From NCBI GenBank assembly GCA_964579145.1, contig CAZOGB010000012.1:1866-65865 (forward strand): DNA of 64,000 bases, in the 5' to 3' direction. The DNA comes from an uncultured bacterium (GTDB lineage: Bacteria; Armatimonadota; HRBIN16). The notes beneath the pieces were generated by a model, which saw nothing but the letters and a program-made list of their open reading frames with translations, ran no database searches and was not told the DNA's origin. The position numbers and the translations under genes are program-made. Position 1 is the first letter of the stretch. Every line of letters starts with the position of its first letter. This document shows, one piece after another, positions 9,165 through 18,550 of this stretch.

Positions 9165-10268
9165 TCAGCACCGCTTCTTGCGACGGATAGCCACCCCGGC
9201 TAGGCCGCACAAAAACAGCACCGCGGAGGATGGCTCAGGAATAACGGTAGCAGGTGCAAACACCATGTCCTCCAGAAATGCATTTGGACTATTGAAGTCT
9301 GCTATCAGCTGGCTTGCCAGGCTGTTGGTAGTAGTATCCCAGTAAACGTGCCACACCTGACCGCCACCGTACTGCTCCACCGCGATGAACAGGTCGCCCG
9401 GCTGAAGGTTCGGAATGCTCGTCAGGTTCGTCAGCTGGTAGATGGCATCCCCGAAGAGCGAAACATACAATGCCCAATTGCCCCCAGTGAACGGGAAGAT
9501 ACGGAACGATTCGGGCGAGCCGAACGACAGGGTCTGCTGACTCAACACGTTCCCATTCGCTGGATCCAGCACGAACATCGGTGCATTAGGCAGATTTTGT
9601 CCGACCAGCACACTATTCTGATAGGGTCCCCAGCGCGGATTGCTCCCCAGCACAATCATCGCTTCAGGGCGCGTCTGAAAGCCATTTCGGTCTGTCAATG
9701 TCGTTTGCCATACCACATTCCCGCTGGAATTCAGGCGAACAATGTCCCCAGTGCCTTCATAGGCATAGAAGAGGTCATTGTTGGCGACCCCGAACGAATC
9801 CCAGCGTACCGTCGTGTAGAAGGTCGGTCCAGTACCCGATGGCAATCCGGGCAGCCCTGTGGTGAAAGTGGATACGTTCCCAACCGGGTCAATCGCGAAG
9901 ATTTCGCCCCCACCGCCTTTAGCCACCAGCGTGGTACCCTGGGCGTAGGAACCCCAGCTGGATGGGAGTACCGTGAGCAAAGTTTCATAATATGCGCCCT
10001 GCGTGCTGGCGTAATGAGCAAGCGCTTTGGTAGCGAGGTCAATGGTGCCGTACTGCGGGGGGCTGGTGAAGTAGTTGTACTGCACGACAAATCGCTGGTT
10101 CACGGGGTCGTAGTCCATTTTCATGTTTCCGGGAACGTTCGTCCAAACACTCCCGGTGACACCGTAGTAGGTGGTCACCCCTGCTGTAGCAGGCAAAGCC
10201 GCCGCCAGACACAGGGTGCACCAGAGGACGCACAGGTTCATCCTGTGAAGCAAATTAGTGGTTTGCAT
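9165..10268 (-). CDS. PEP-CTERM-anchored secreted beta-rich protein (putative exosortase substrate)
   Basis: N-terminal signal peptide. C-terminus VIPEPSSAVLFLCGLAGVAIRRKKRC carries a PEP motif, a hydrophobic helix and a basic tail. The body is Gly/Thr/Asn-rich and repeat-like, suggesting a beta-propeller-like fold. Confidence 0.75.
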   Translation of the reverse strand: MQTTNLLHRMNLCVLWCTLCLAAALPATAGVTTYYGVTGSVWTNVPGNMKMDYDPVNQRFVVQYNYFTSPPQYGTIDLATKALAHYASTQGAYYETLLTVLPSSWGSYAQGTTLVAKGGGGEIFAIDPVGNVSTFTTGLPGLPSGTGPTFYTTVRWDSFGVANNDLFYAYEGTGDIVRLNSSGNVVWQTTLTDRNGFQTRPEAMIVLGSNPRWGPYQNSVLVGQNLPNAPMFVLDPANGNVLSQQTLSFGSPESFRIFPFTGGNWALYVSLFGDAIYQLTNLTSIPNLQPGDLFIAVEQYGGGQVWHVYWDTTTNSLASQLIADFNSPNAFLEDMVFAPATVIPEPSSAVLFLCGLAGVAIRRKKRC

Positions 10269-10519
10269 GGTTTGACTCCTTTTAGCGGTTTGGGAAATTT
10301 AACTGCTTTAGCATGTAAAGGGTGGTGAGGACAACCTCAACGGGGATACAGCTCCACAGCACTTTAGCCGCTATACACCCTTTTGATACGCTAATTATCT
10401 TTATTATATGCGGAATCTCGCGACCTGTCAACAGTTATCCTGTCCTTGTAATCAAAAACCAGTACCATTACCGAACAGGCGTGTCCCTCTTGCAATCGAA
10501 GCCCCGCATGAGGTATGTA

Positions 10520-10655
10520 TACTGTAATAGAAGGGGAGTAGCACCTGCCGAACAGGCAGGAGAGATTGTCGTCAGTACGCTGTATCAAAACAGCCGGCAA
10601 TCTCGCCAAACGCAAGACCTTCATCGCTACAAGGCGGTGGGGGTCTTTTTTTGTT
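10520..10655 (+). promoter_or_regulatory. Candidate yybP-ykoY (manganese) riboswitch with an intrinsic terminator, upstream of the TerC-family gene
   Basis: The hallmark aaGGGGAGUAGc element sits at 10531-10541, followed by the hairpin cctgcc-gaaca-ggcagg. A 7-bp helix forms between gagattg (10562-10568) and caatctc (10598-10604). A terminator-like stem aagacc...ggtctt plus U7 lies at about 10613-10653. The gene context (TerC/Alx/YkoY) is the canonical one for this riboswitch. Confidence 0.6.
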
Positions 10656-10679
10656 GTAAACTGTGATGGAGGCACAGGC

Positions 10680-11627
10680 ATGTATTTCTGGGTAGCTTTT
10701 GCCGTTCTGGTCATTGTCATGCTGGCTTTGGACCTCGGCGTGTTTCATCGCCACGCCCACGAGGTGCGCTTCAAGGAAGCCCTGGTGTGGTCGTTGGTAT
10801 GGATTGCACTGGCGCTGGCGTTCAATGCTGCTGTCTTTTACTGGAAAGGCACCCAGAGCGGTTTGGAGTTCTTCACCGGCTACCTCATCGAGAAGTCCCT
10901 GAGCGTGGATAACGTTTTCGTCTTTCTGATGATATTCCAGTATTTCCGCGTTCCCGTTGCATATCAGCATCGGGTTCTATTCTGGGGGATTATCGGTGCA
11001 CTGGTGATGCGTGCTATCTTCATCGCCGGAGGCATCCAGCTGTTGAACCGGTTCCACTGGATGGTCTATCTCTTCGGTGCGTTTCTGGTTTTCACCGGTA
11101 TCAAGATGGCGATACAACACGGTAAATCCTTCCATCCCGAGCGTAATCCCGTGCTGAATCTGGCACGCACCCTGTTCCGAGTCACTCCCGACTATGAAGG
11201 CGCGCGCTTTTTCGTGCGGAAACAGGCAGTGCTGTATGCCACTCCGTTGTTTGTCACGCTGTTATTTGTAGAGTTCACCGATTTGATTTTCGCCGTGGAC
11301 TCGATCCCTGCAATTCTGGCTATCTCGCGCGACCCCTTCATCGTTTACACATCCAACGTTTTTGCGATTCTGGGGTTGCGTGCCCTCTATTTTGTGCTGG
11401 CTGGTTTCCTGAACATGTTCGCCTACCTGCATTATGGACTGGCGGTGGTGCTGGTGTTCGTAGGGACGAAGATGCTCATCTCCGAGTGGTACAAAGTACC
11501 CATCGGCTGGTCACTGAGCATCATCGGGCTGGTCCTCGGCGTATCGGTAGCGATTTCGATACTGAGACCGCCCGTGGAGTCACAGGTGCACGAGGGCGAG
11601 GCGCCGCCTGCAATCTCCACCGATTAG
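10680..11627 (+). CDS. TerC-family integral membrane protein (Alx/YkoY-like, putative Mn2+ exporter)
   Basis: TGYLIEKSLSVDNVFVFLMIF TerC signature and a multi-TM profile. ATG at 10680 is preceded by GGAGG at 10668-10672. The track start at 10566 falls inside the riboswitch and is rejected. Confidence 0.85.
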   Translation: MYFWVAFAVLVIVMLALDLGVFHRHAHEVRFKEALVWSLVWIALALAFNAAVFYWKGTQSGLEFFTGYLIEKSLSVDNVFVFLMIFQYFRVPVAYQHRVLFWGIIGALVMRAIFIAGGIQLLNRFHWMVYLFGAFLVFTGIKMAIQHGKSFHPERNPVLNLARTLFRVTPDYEGARFFVRKQAVLYATPLFVTLLFVEFTDLIFAVDSIPAILAISRDPFIVYTSNVFAILGLRALYFVLAGFLNMFAYLHYGLAVVLVFVGTKMLISEWYKVPIGWSLSIIGLVLGVSVAISILRPPVESQVHEGEAPPAISTD

Positions 11628-13102
11628 TCCAGCAGGGCTTCAAACCGCCCGTATGCCTCGTCCCACGCTTCGGTGTTCTGAGGCGTGTACTCCACAATCT
11701 CGCTGGAGCGGCGCACCAGCTCACGCCCTTCCGTGATGCCCTTCAGCTCGCCCAGCGCAATCATCTGCAACAGCACGTTGCCCGCAGCGGTCGCCTCCAC
11801 CGGACCGGCAACCACCGTTCGGTTGCAGGCATCGGCGGTGAACTGGCACAGCAGGCGGTTCTGTGTGCCTCCACCTACCACGTGAATCACCTCTAACCGC
11901 TTGCCCAGCAAAGACTCCAGCTGCTCCAGCACCCACCGATATTTCAGCGCGAGGCTTTCCAGACAACACCGCACAAACTGTCCGGGCGTTTCAGGCGAGG
12001 GCTGGTCCGTGCTGGCGCAATACGAGCGGATAGCCTCCAGCATGTTCGTCGGGGCGAGGAAATCGCGCCGATCGGGATCAATTAGCGAGCGGAAGGCGGG
12101 AGCCTCTGCTGCCATCTGCGTGAGCTGTTCGTAACTGTATTCCTGTCCCTCGCGCGCGTAAGCCCGGCGACACTCCTGCACCAGCCACAGCCCCATGATA
12201 TTGCGCAGGAAGCGAATGGTGTTGTTCACGCCTCCCTCGTTGGTAAAGTTCAGCGTGCGCGTGTGGGCGTTGATCATCGGCTCGGGCAGCTCCACCCCCA
12301 TCAGCGACCACGTGCCACTGCTGATATAGGCAAAATCGCTACCCCGCGATGCGGGCACTGCCGCCACCGCCGAGGCGGTATCATGGCTGCCGGGCGTGAT
12401 GACCTCCGCGTCGTGCGCACCGGTCTCCTCAGCCACCGCCTTGCGCAGTTTGCCCAGAGGAGTGCCCGGCGGCACAATCTCCGGCAGGAAGTGCGTGGGA
12501 AGCCCAACGTGCCTCAACAGGTCTATCGCCCATTGCCCGGTGCGCGGGTCCATCATCTGTGACGTGCTGGCAATCGTGCGTTCACACACCTTCGCACCAC
12601 TCAACCAGTAATGGAACAGGTCGGGCATCATCAGCAGTCTGTCTGTAATCTCCAACAGACCGGGATGCTGTTGTTGAACCGCAATCAGCTGGTACAGGGT
12701 ATTAATCGGCATGAACTGGATGCCGGTCGCGTCGTAGATGGTATCTGCGCCGACCATCGCCTGCACCGACTCCATGATGCCGTCGGTACGGTGGTCGCGG
12801 TAATGCACCGGGTTGGTGAGCAGCGTGCCGCGCGCATCCAGCAGCCCGAAGTCCACCCCCCATGTATCCACGCCCACCGAACGCACACCCTCACCGTACT
12901 CGCGAACCGTCAGGCTGATGCCCTGCAGGATTTCGGCATACTGGCGCAACACGTTCCACGTCAATGCATCGGGCAGGCGCAAAGGAGTATTGGGGAAACG
13001 GTGTATTGTCCTGAGCTCCAGACGCTCTCCATCATACACGCCCGCTACCGCACGTCCACTTTCCGCACCCAGGTCAAAGGCGATATACACCTGTGAGGAC
13101 AC
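11624..13102 (-). CDS. rhaB: Rhamnulokinase (FGGY carbohydrate kinase family)
   Basis: VYIAFDLGAESGR N-terminal FGGY motif and rhamnulokinase-like length. The most likely start is GTG at 13102, preceded by AAGGAGGT at 7 nt. The track start at 13237 adds a probably spurious 45 aa extension. Confidence 0.75.
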   Translation of the reverse strand: MSSQVYIAFDLGAESGRAVAGVYDGERLELRTIHRFPNTPLRLPDALTWNVLRQYAEILQGISLTVREYGEGVRSVGVDTWGVDFGLLDARGTLLTNPVHYRDHRTDGIMESVQAMVGADTIYDATGIQFMPINTLYQLIAVQQQHPGLLEITDRLLMMPDLFHYWLSGAKVCERTIASTSQMMDPRTGQWAIDLLRHVGLPTHFLPEIVPPGTPLGKLRKAVAEETGAHDAEVITPGSHDTASAVAAVPASRGSDFAYISSGTWSLMGVELPEPMINAHTRTLNFTNEGGVNNTIRFLRNIMGLWLVQECRRAYAREGQEYSYEQLTQMAAEAPAFRSLIDPDRRDFLAPTNMLEAIRSYCASTDQPSPETPGQFVRCCLESLALKYRWVLEQLESLLGKRLEVIHVVGGGTQNRLLCQFTADACNRTVVAGPVEATAAGNVLLQMIALGELKGITEGRELVRRSSEIVEYTPQNTEAWDEAYGRFEALLD

Positions 13103-13129
13103 AGTTCGGTGACCTCCTTGCTGAAGATT

Positions 13130-13141
13130 TATTCTGCAGAA
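13130..13141. promoter_or_regulatory. Perfect 12-bp palindrome ATTCTGCAGAAT about 28 nt upstream of the rhaB start; a candidate operator
   Basis: The sequence is its own reverse complement. It lies in the 190-nt leader between the ABC ATPase stop and the rhaB start. Confidence 0.35.
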
Positions 13142-13292
13142 TGAATTCGCGCCCGGCGGGAAGAATCCTGCCATAGTGCAGGAACAAACAGGCGGGCTGT
13201 CCACGCAAGGGATTACCCAGTGATGGGTGACAGGCAAAGCGCCGTTATAACTTCAACATTGCCCCTGTGGTCAGCCAGTTTGCTCCCTGCTC

Positions 13293-14609
13293 TCAATGCC
13301 CCGGCACGCTCTGTCCTACCAGCGGCTCCAGCATGATGGTCTCGGTCTCGTCGTCGTAGGCGATGACCTCGCCGTAGCGTCCCCACTCGATGATGGTGTT
13401 CAACTGCTTCTCGGCGTCGGCGGGAGGAAGCTCCAGTTCGATGGCAGCGCGCACCACATCACGCTTCAGGCTCTGGTTCTCCGCCAGGTGCAGCATGTTA
13501 ATCAGCCACTGGAAAATGGGCAACCGTCGGATACGGGTGGAGAAAATCTCCTTGCGCGTCAGGATGCTTGCCTCGCTGAAGGTTTCGCCCAGCGGGGTCA
13601 GCATCACGTCACCCTGCCCAACGCGTACGAACCCCAGCAGCTCCGCCGTGTCAATCAGCCTCAGCACCAGGTCCGAGTCCGCTCCGAAGTCCTCGGTCAG
13701 CTGATAGATGTCGTAGGTAGGCTGAGAGGACTCCGCCAGGTGTTCCAGCAAGCCAACGAGGTCGCTGATTTGAATCTGCGGTAGCCATCGCGTGATGCCC
13801 GGCTTGCCGGGCGCCGTGCCCATCTCCACCGGCTCGGGCTGGGTTTGACCGGCGAGGATGGCATAAATCTGGTCAATCAGCTTCAGGAACTGCGGCGACT
13901 TGCGATGACGCGGCTGAGGCATATCCACGTTGACCTCGGCAATCACCCGCCCAGGCGAAGTGCCCATGATAATCAGGCGGTCTGCCATCTCAGCGGCTTC
14001 CTCAATGTTGTGCGTCACCATCAGGATGGTTTTGGTGGGGATTTTGCCGTCCAGCCACAGCTCCATCAGCTCGCCGCGCAGGGCTTCAGAGCTGAGCACG
14101 TCTAATGCCGAAAAAGGCTCGTCCAGGCAAAGCAGTTCGGGTTCCACCGCCATCGCTCGCGCGAAACCCACCTTCTGGCGCATCCCACCCGACAGCTCAC
14201 GCGGGTAGGCGTTTTCGAATCCGTCCAGCCCCACGCGGTCCAGCAGGTCCAGCGCACGGGCGGTGCGAATCTTGGGCGGAACTCCCCTCGCCTTCAGCGC
14301 AACCTCTACATTTTCCTGCACTGACAGCCACGGGAAAAGGGCAAAGGTCTGAAACACAATACTGGCATGAGGATTCACCCCTCGCAGTTCCTCGCCGCGA
14401 TAACGAATGCGCCCCTCGGTGGGGCGTTGAAGTCCGGTAATCAGGCGCAACAGCGTGCTCTTGCCACACCCGGATGGTCCCAGCAGGCAGACAAACTCCC
14501 CTTCGTTGACGGTCAGGTTGATGTCCTGTACCGCGTAAAAGCGTTTCCTGCCGGTAGCGTATACCTGGCTCACATGCTCCAGTTCCACAAGTATCTTCCC
14601 GTTGTTCAT
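13293..14609 (-). CDS. ABC transporter ATP-binding protein (NitT/TauT-like) with a C-terminal extension of about 180 aa
   Basis: Walker A LLGPSGCGKST, ABC signature LSGGMRQKV, Walker B LLCLDEPFSALD. The extra C-terminal domain has unknown function. Confidence 0.85.
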   Translation of the reverse strand: MNNGKILVELEHVSQVYATGRKRFYAVQDINLTVNEGEFVCLLGPSGCGKSTLLRLITGLQRPTEGRIRYRGEELRGVNPHASIVFQTFALFPWLSVQENVEVALKARGVPPKIRTARALDLLDRVGLDGFENAYPRELSGGMRQKVGFARAMAVEPELLCLDEPFSALDVLSSEALRGELMELWLDGKIPTKTILMVTHNIEEAAEMADRLIIMGTSPGRVIAEVNVDMPQPRHRKSPQFLKLIDQIYAILAGQTQPEPVEMGTAPGKPGITRWLPQIQISDLVGLLEHLAESSQPTYDIYQLTEDFGADSDLVLRLIDTAELLGFVRVGQGDVMLTPLGETFSEASILTRKEIFSTRIRRLPIFQWLINMLHLAENQSLKRDVVRAAIELELPPADAEKQLNTIIEWGRYGEVIAYDDETETIMLEPLVGQSVPGH

Positions 14610-14613
14610 CTCT

Positions 14614-16344
14614 CTACTCCATTCGGTAACGTGATGCGGCGATACGGTACAATCGTCTCCAGAGCAGACGGTTCACAAGCACCACCGTCAGTATCATCGT
14701 TAAGGTTGATGCAAGCAGGAGTGGAAAATCCCCCTGCGCCGTGCTGTGGGCAATCAGGTCGCCCAGTCCCGTCACGCGCAGAGTGCGCCCGCCAAACTCT
14801 ACATATTCCGCCACAATGCTGGCGTTCCACGCTCCACCACTGGCGGTGATCGCGCCCGTAATCAGATACGGGAACAGCGCAGGCAGTATCAGCACTCGCC
14901 ACCTCTGCCAGCGGTTCAACCCCAGCAGTTTGACGGTAAAGCGCAATTCCTGCGGGATAGACATTGTACCCGCGATAACGTTGAACAGCAGATACCACTG
15001 TGTGCCCGTTAGCATCAACAGCACCGCAGCCATGTTCAGCCCGCCGGGCAACTGCAACAACATCAACACGAACACCGGGAACAGCGCGGTAGCAGGAATA
15101 GAGGCTGCAATCTGCACCAGCGGCTGAAAATAGGCGGCTAACCGGGTGTTCATGCCGATATACACCCCCAGCGGCACCGTCCACCCAAAGGCGATAGCCA
15201 GCGCGATGAAGACCCTCAATGCGGTCATCAGCACGCCCTGCAGGATGGCGAACCACTGATCAATGCCTACCTGTGTCAGCAGGTGCAGTGCTCGTAGCGT
15301 GCCGTAAGCCACCAGAGCCAGCATCACCGCGAAGAACAGCTTCCACCCGACGTCCCCGCGCTGGGATTGCTCGTAGAGATGCTCCGCGCGAAACGGCCAG
15401 ACGCGCAAAGTCCACTCATCAAACCGCTCGCCCATGCGCTCCCAAAAGGCGGAAAACCGTTCCGACAGCTTCGACGAGCGCAACACATCGTAGAACCAGG
15501 CGCTGGCGTGCGTCTCCTGCTCTATCATCTCCAGTTTGAACTTCTCACTCCACGCCACCAGCGGGCGCCACACCAGCTGGTCCAGCAAAACAATCACCAG
15601 CACCAGCGTGCCCAATCCCCACAGGATGGCGGGGATATTTCCCTGATGCGATGCCTCGCGCAGATAGGCGCCCAGCCCGGGCAGGCGATAGTCGCGCTCG
15701 CCCACGGTGAAAATCTCCGCTGCCATCAGGAAGAACCAGCCGCCCGCCCAGCTCATCATGCTGTTCCAGATGAGGCCAATGGCGCCGAAGGGCAGTTCCA
15801 GCTTGCGCATCCTCAGCCACCAGTTCAGGCGCAGAATCTCCGCCGCCTCGCGCAGGTCTTTGGGCAGGGTGGTCAGCGACTGGTACCACGAGAAGGTCAT
15901 ATTCCACACCTGGCTGGTGAAGATGAGCACGATAGACGCCAGCTCGGCGGCGATTCGCTCGTGCATAATTGCGCTCAGCCCCAGCAGAACCACTGGCAGA
16001 AACGACAATATCGGCACGCTCTGCAGCACGTCCAGCGTGGGAAGCAGTATCTGTTCCGCTCGCCGACTGCGCGCCGCCGCATAGCCATACACCAGTGTGA
16101 AGATCAGCGACAGCAGGTAAGCCGCCCCCATCCGCATGACGGAACGGAAAGCATAGTAAGGCAGCGCCAGAGGCTCCAACACGATGCTCGGTCCCCGTAC
16201 CGCTTCGGGAGCATGAAATCCAAAATGAACCCCCAGATACAGCAATGCCGTGATGGTCAACAGCACAAAGGCATCGCTCCACCGAAATTCGCGGGTTGTT
16301 TGTTTGAGCTCGTAGATTGGCGCTTTCAGGTAGTGCATCGGCAA
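14614..16344 (-). CDS. ABC transporter permease with two fused transmembrane domains (NitT/TauT family)
   Basis: 576 aa with about 12 hydrophobic helices. Carries two copies of the BPD-transport permease core. Separated by 4 nt from the ATPase gene downstream. Confidence 0.8.
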   Translation of the reverse strand: MPMHYLKAPIYELKQTTREFRWSDAFVLLTITALLYLGVHFGFHAPEAVRGPSIVLEPLALPYYAFRSVMRMGAAYLLSLIFTLVYGYAAARSRRAEQILLPTLDVLQSVPILSFLPVVLLGLSAIMHERIAAELASIVLIFTSQVWNMTFSWYQSLTTLPKDLREAAEILRLNWWLRMRKLELPFGAIGLIWNSMMSWAGGWFFLMAAEIFTVGERDYRLPGLGAYLREASHQGNIPAILWGLGTLVLVIVLLDQLVWRPLVAWSEKFKLEMIEQETHASAWFYDVLRSSKLSERFSAFWERMGERFDEWTLRVWPFRAEHLYEQSQRGDVGWKLFFAVMLALVAYGTLRALHLLTQVGIDQWFAILQGVLMTALRVFIALAIAFGWTVPLGVYIGMNTRLAAYFQPLVQIAASIPATALFPVFVLMLLQLPGGLNMAAVLLMLTGTQWYLLFNVIAGTMSIPQELRFTVKLLGLNRWQRWRVLILPALFPYLITGAITASGGAWNASIVAEYVEFGGRTLRVTGLGDLIAHSTAQGDFPLLLASTLTMILTVVLVNRLLWRRLYRIAASRYRME

Positions 16345-16516
16345 AGATTCCTTTCAAGGTGGAACGGCTTTCTAAAAAGCGGGTACAGTGCCAGATTACT
16401 AGATTATTATACATGGCAGGAAGGGGCAGAGACAAGCAAAATCTTCTTAAACAGGAGCACTACACGAGGCAGGTGCAACACTCGCCTGCTTTCAGGGGTC
16501 ATTGCACAGAGGAAGG

Positions 16517-17887
16517 ATGAAAGCCGCGCTGATCATAACCCTGCTGGTCATCAGCCTTGGCACCGGTTATGCCCTGGCACAACGACCTGCTCGCCTCCTG
16601 CCGAAATGGAAACAGGAGTTCCAGCGTGCCCGGCAGGTGTGGGATAAGGGAGAGGCGGAGCGCGCGTTGATGGTGCTGGAAAAGGCATTTGCTCTGGCGC
16701 CAGACGACACCGCGCGCGCCCAGATTGCCTTCCGCTATGCCGACTGGAGCCGCCAGCTGGGACAATACGACACGGCAAGGCGATGGTACAGCAGGTGCAT
16801 CACCCTGTCGCCGCCGGGTTCCGACCTGATCCGTCGCGCCCGGGAAGGTTTGCGCAGTCTGTCGTCTGCCCGCCCCGTGCCCGTCTATCCCGTGCCGCCC
16901 GCTACCACCGTGCCCCCATGGACATCCGCTCCCGTCGGCGAAGTTCGCATGTTTCCATCGCTGGCCGTGCTGTTTGCGGTGTCCCTGCTGGTGTTGCTGA
17001 TGCTCCTGCAGTGGGCAAGCGGCTGGAGGCGTGAGGCGTTCTTCGCGCAGGTGGTACTCAGCATATTGCTCGGCGGAGCGATTACCATGATGGTTCCCTT
17101 TGGCGTGATGCTGCTGAGCCAGCGGTTTTCGCCCCAGCCCGACGACTGGATAGCGGGAATACTGACCATCGGCAGTATCGTCTGTATGGCGTTCGCTGCG
17201 CGCACCTGGCAACAGGGACAGCTACTGCGTGCCACCCCCCTCACCCGCTTGAGAAGCGCATCGCACGGCTTTTTGAAAGTGCGCGGAGTGGCGGAAGCCG
17301 CATTCGGCGTGCTTACCAGCCAGGTCGGCAACATCTCTGGGATTTACCTGAGCGAGCTTTCCGAGCGTTACGTGCGCCGTACCGAAACCTACTATGACTC
17401 GCAGAGCAAACGCTGGAAGACGCGCACGGTTTACCGATGGGAGACCATCTACAGCTTCACACAGGGCGTAAACTTCCTGCTGGACGACGGCACGGGCAAA
17501 GCCATCGTGGAAGTGGAAGGGGCGGAGTTCTACCCCGAACATGTGGCGCTGTTTTACAACTATCGCCCGGTGCGCTCGTTTCGATGGTTTGCCAGTGTGG
17601 GTGATGTGCGCACCACAATACGATACATCCCGCCGAATGCGACGGTGACCGTTTGGGCGCGATACTATGAACGCGACCTGCCCGGCACCGAACGCGATGA
17701 GATGCGCCTGCAGTACGACCGCTTCCACAAATGCATGGTGGTGCTGGAGGGAAATGAGGGTAAGGTGTACACGACCCGCACGGGAGCAGGGCTTGCGCTG
17801 GCGGTGCTGGGGGTGGTGATGCTTCTGGGAGTGATTTTTATCCTGCTGAACCCGGGCGCCGTTTCGGGGTACATCAACACCTATTGA
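16517..17887 (+). CDS. Membrane protein with an N-terminal TPR-like exported domain and a C-terminal beta-rich GIDE-like domain (LemA-associated)
   Basis: Signal peptide or TM MKAALIITLLVISLGTGYALA, several internal TM helices, and a C-terminal TM. The C-terminal region RTETYYDSQSKRWKTRTVYRWETIY...RYYERD resembles bacterial GIDE-domain proteins that pair with LemA. ATG at 16517 is preceded by GAGGAAGG. Confidence 0.45.
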   Translation: MKAALIITLLVISLGTGYALAQRPARLLPKWKQEFQRARQVWDKGEAERALMVLEKAFALAPDDTARAQIAFRYADWSRQLGQYDTARRWYSRCITLSPPGSDLIRRAREGLRSLSSARPVPVYPVPPATTVPPWTSAPVGEVRMFPSLAVLFAVSLLVLLMLLQWASGWRREAFFAQVVLSILLGGAITMMVPFGVMLLSQRFSPQPDDWIAGILTIGSIVCMAFAARTWQQGQLLRATPLTRLRSASHGFLKVRGVAEAAFGVLTSQVGNISGIYLSELSERYVRRTETYYDSQSKRWKTRTVYRWETIYSFTQGVNFLLDDGTGKAIVEVEGAEFYPEHVALFYNYRPVRSFRWFASVGDVRTTIRYIPPNATVTVWARYYERDLPGTERDEMRLQYDRFHKCMVVLEGNEGKVYTTRTGAGLALAVLGVVMLLGVIFILLNPGAVSGYINTY

Positions 17888-17901
17888 GGAGGTTCAACAT
17901 C

Positions 17902-18465
17902 ATGACAGGCATCTCAACCTTAGCGATTGTGCTGTTCATCATCGGAGGCGTGCTGGTGATATGGGTCATCGCCGCCTACAACAACCTGGTGAACCTGCGC
18001 GGACAGGCTCAGCGGGCATGGGCAAACGTGGACGTAGTGCTCAAACAGCGCTGGGACCTGATCCCCAACCTCGTGGAGACGGTGAAAGGCTATGCCCAGC
18101 ATGAACGGCAGATGCTGGAGCGCATTGCTGAACTGCGTGCGGTGGCACTGGGCGCCAAAGACCGCAAAGAACGCATTCAGGCGGAACAGGAAGCCTCGCG
18201 TCTGCTGGGCAACATCATCGTGTGGGGCGAGAACTATCCCGAGCTGAAGGCGAACGAAAACTTCCTGCATCTCCAGCGCACGCTGGCGGACCTGGAGGAG
18301 CAAATCGCCGACCGCCGCGAGCTGTACAACGAAGCCGCCACGAACTACAACGTGTACCAGAAGACCTTCCCGGCGGTGCTGGTAGCGCAGAGCGTCTGGG
18401 CGGAAGAGATGCCCCTGTTTGAGGCGGCTCCCCAGGAGCGAGAGGTGCCGAAGGTACAGTTTTAG
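17902..18465 (+). CDS. lemA: LemA-family protein
   Basis: AYNNLVNLRGQAQRAWANVDVVLKQRWDLIPNLVETVKGYAQHE is a canonical LemA block, preceded by one N-terminal TM helix. ATG at 17902 has GAGGAGG 9 nt upstream. Confidence 0.85.
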   Translation: MTGISTLAIVLFIIGGVLVIWVIAAYNNLVNLRGQAQRAWANVDVVLKQRWDLIPNLVETVKGYAQHERQMLERIAELRAVALGAKDRKERIQAEQEASRLLGNIIVWGENYPELKANENFLHLQRTLADLEEQIADRRELYNEAATNYNVYQKTFPAVLVAQSVWAEEMPLFEAAPQEREVPKVQF

Positions 18466-18550
18466 AAACGGAGGGCAGGACACGAGTCAGGCAAGCAGGT
18501 GTGCCTGCTGAAGCAAGCTTCAGCACTCCAAAAAGATGTTTTTTAGGACA

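Noticed and set aside
10566-10679. N-terminal extension of the TerC ORF proposed by the track
   Set aside because: It would translate through the conserved riboswitch and terminator. ATG 10680 has a proper SD and starts at the first TM helix.
13103-13237. N-terminal 45-aa extension of rhaB
   Set aside because: The FGGY motif begins right after GTG 13102, which has AAGGAGGT upstream, and the extension has no SD.
15367-16647. 426-aa plus-strand ORF
   Set aside because: It is antisense to the ABC permease gene and is low complexity.
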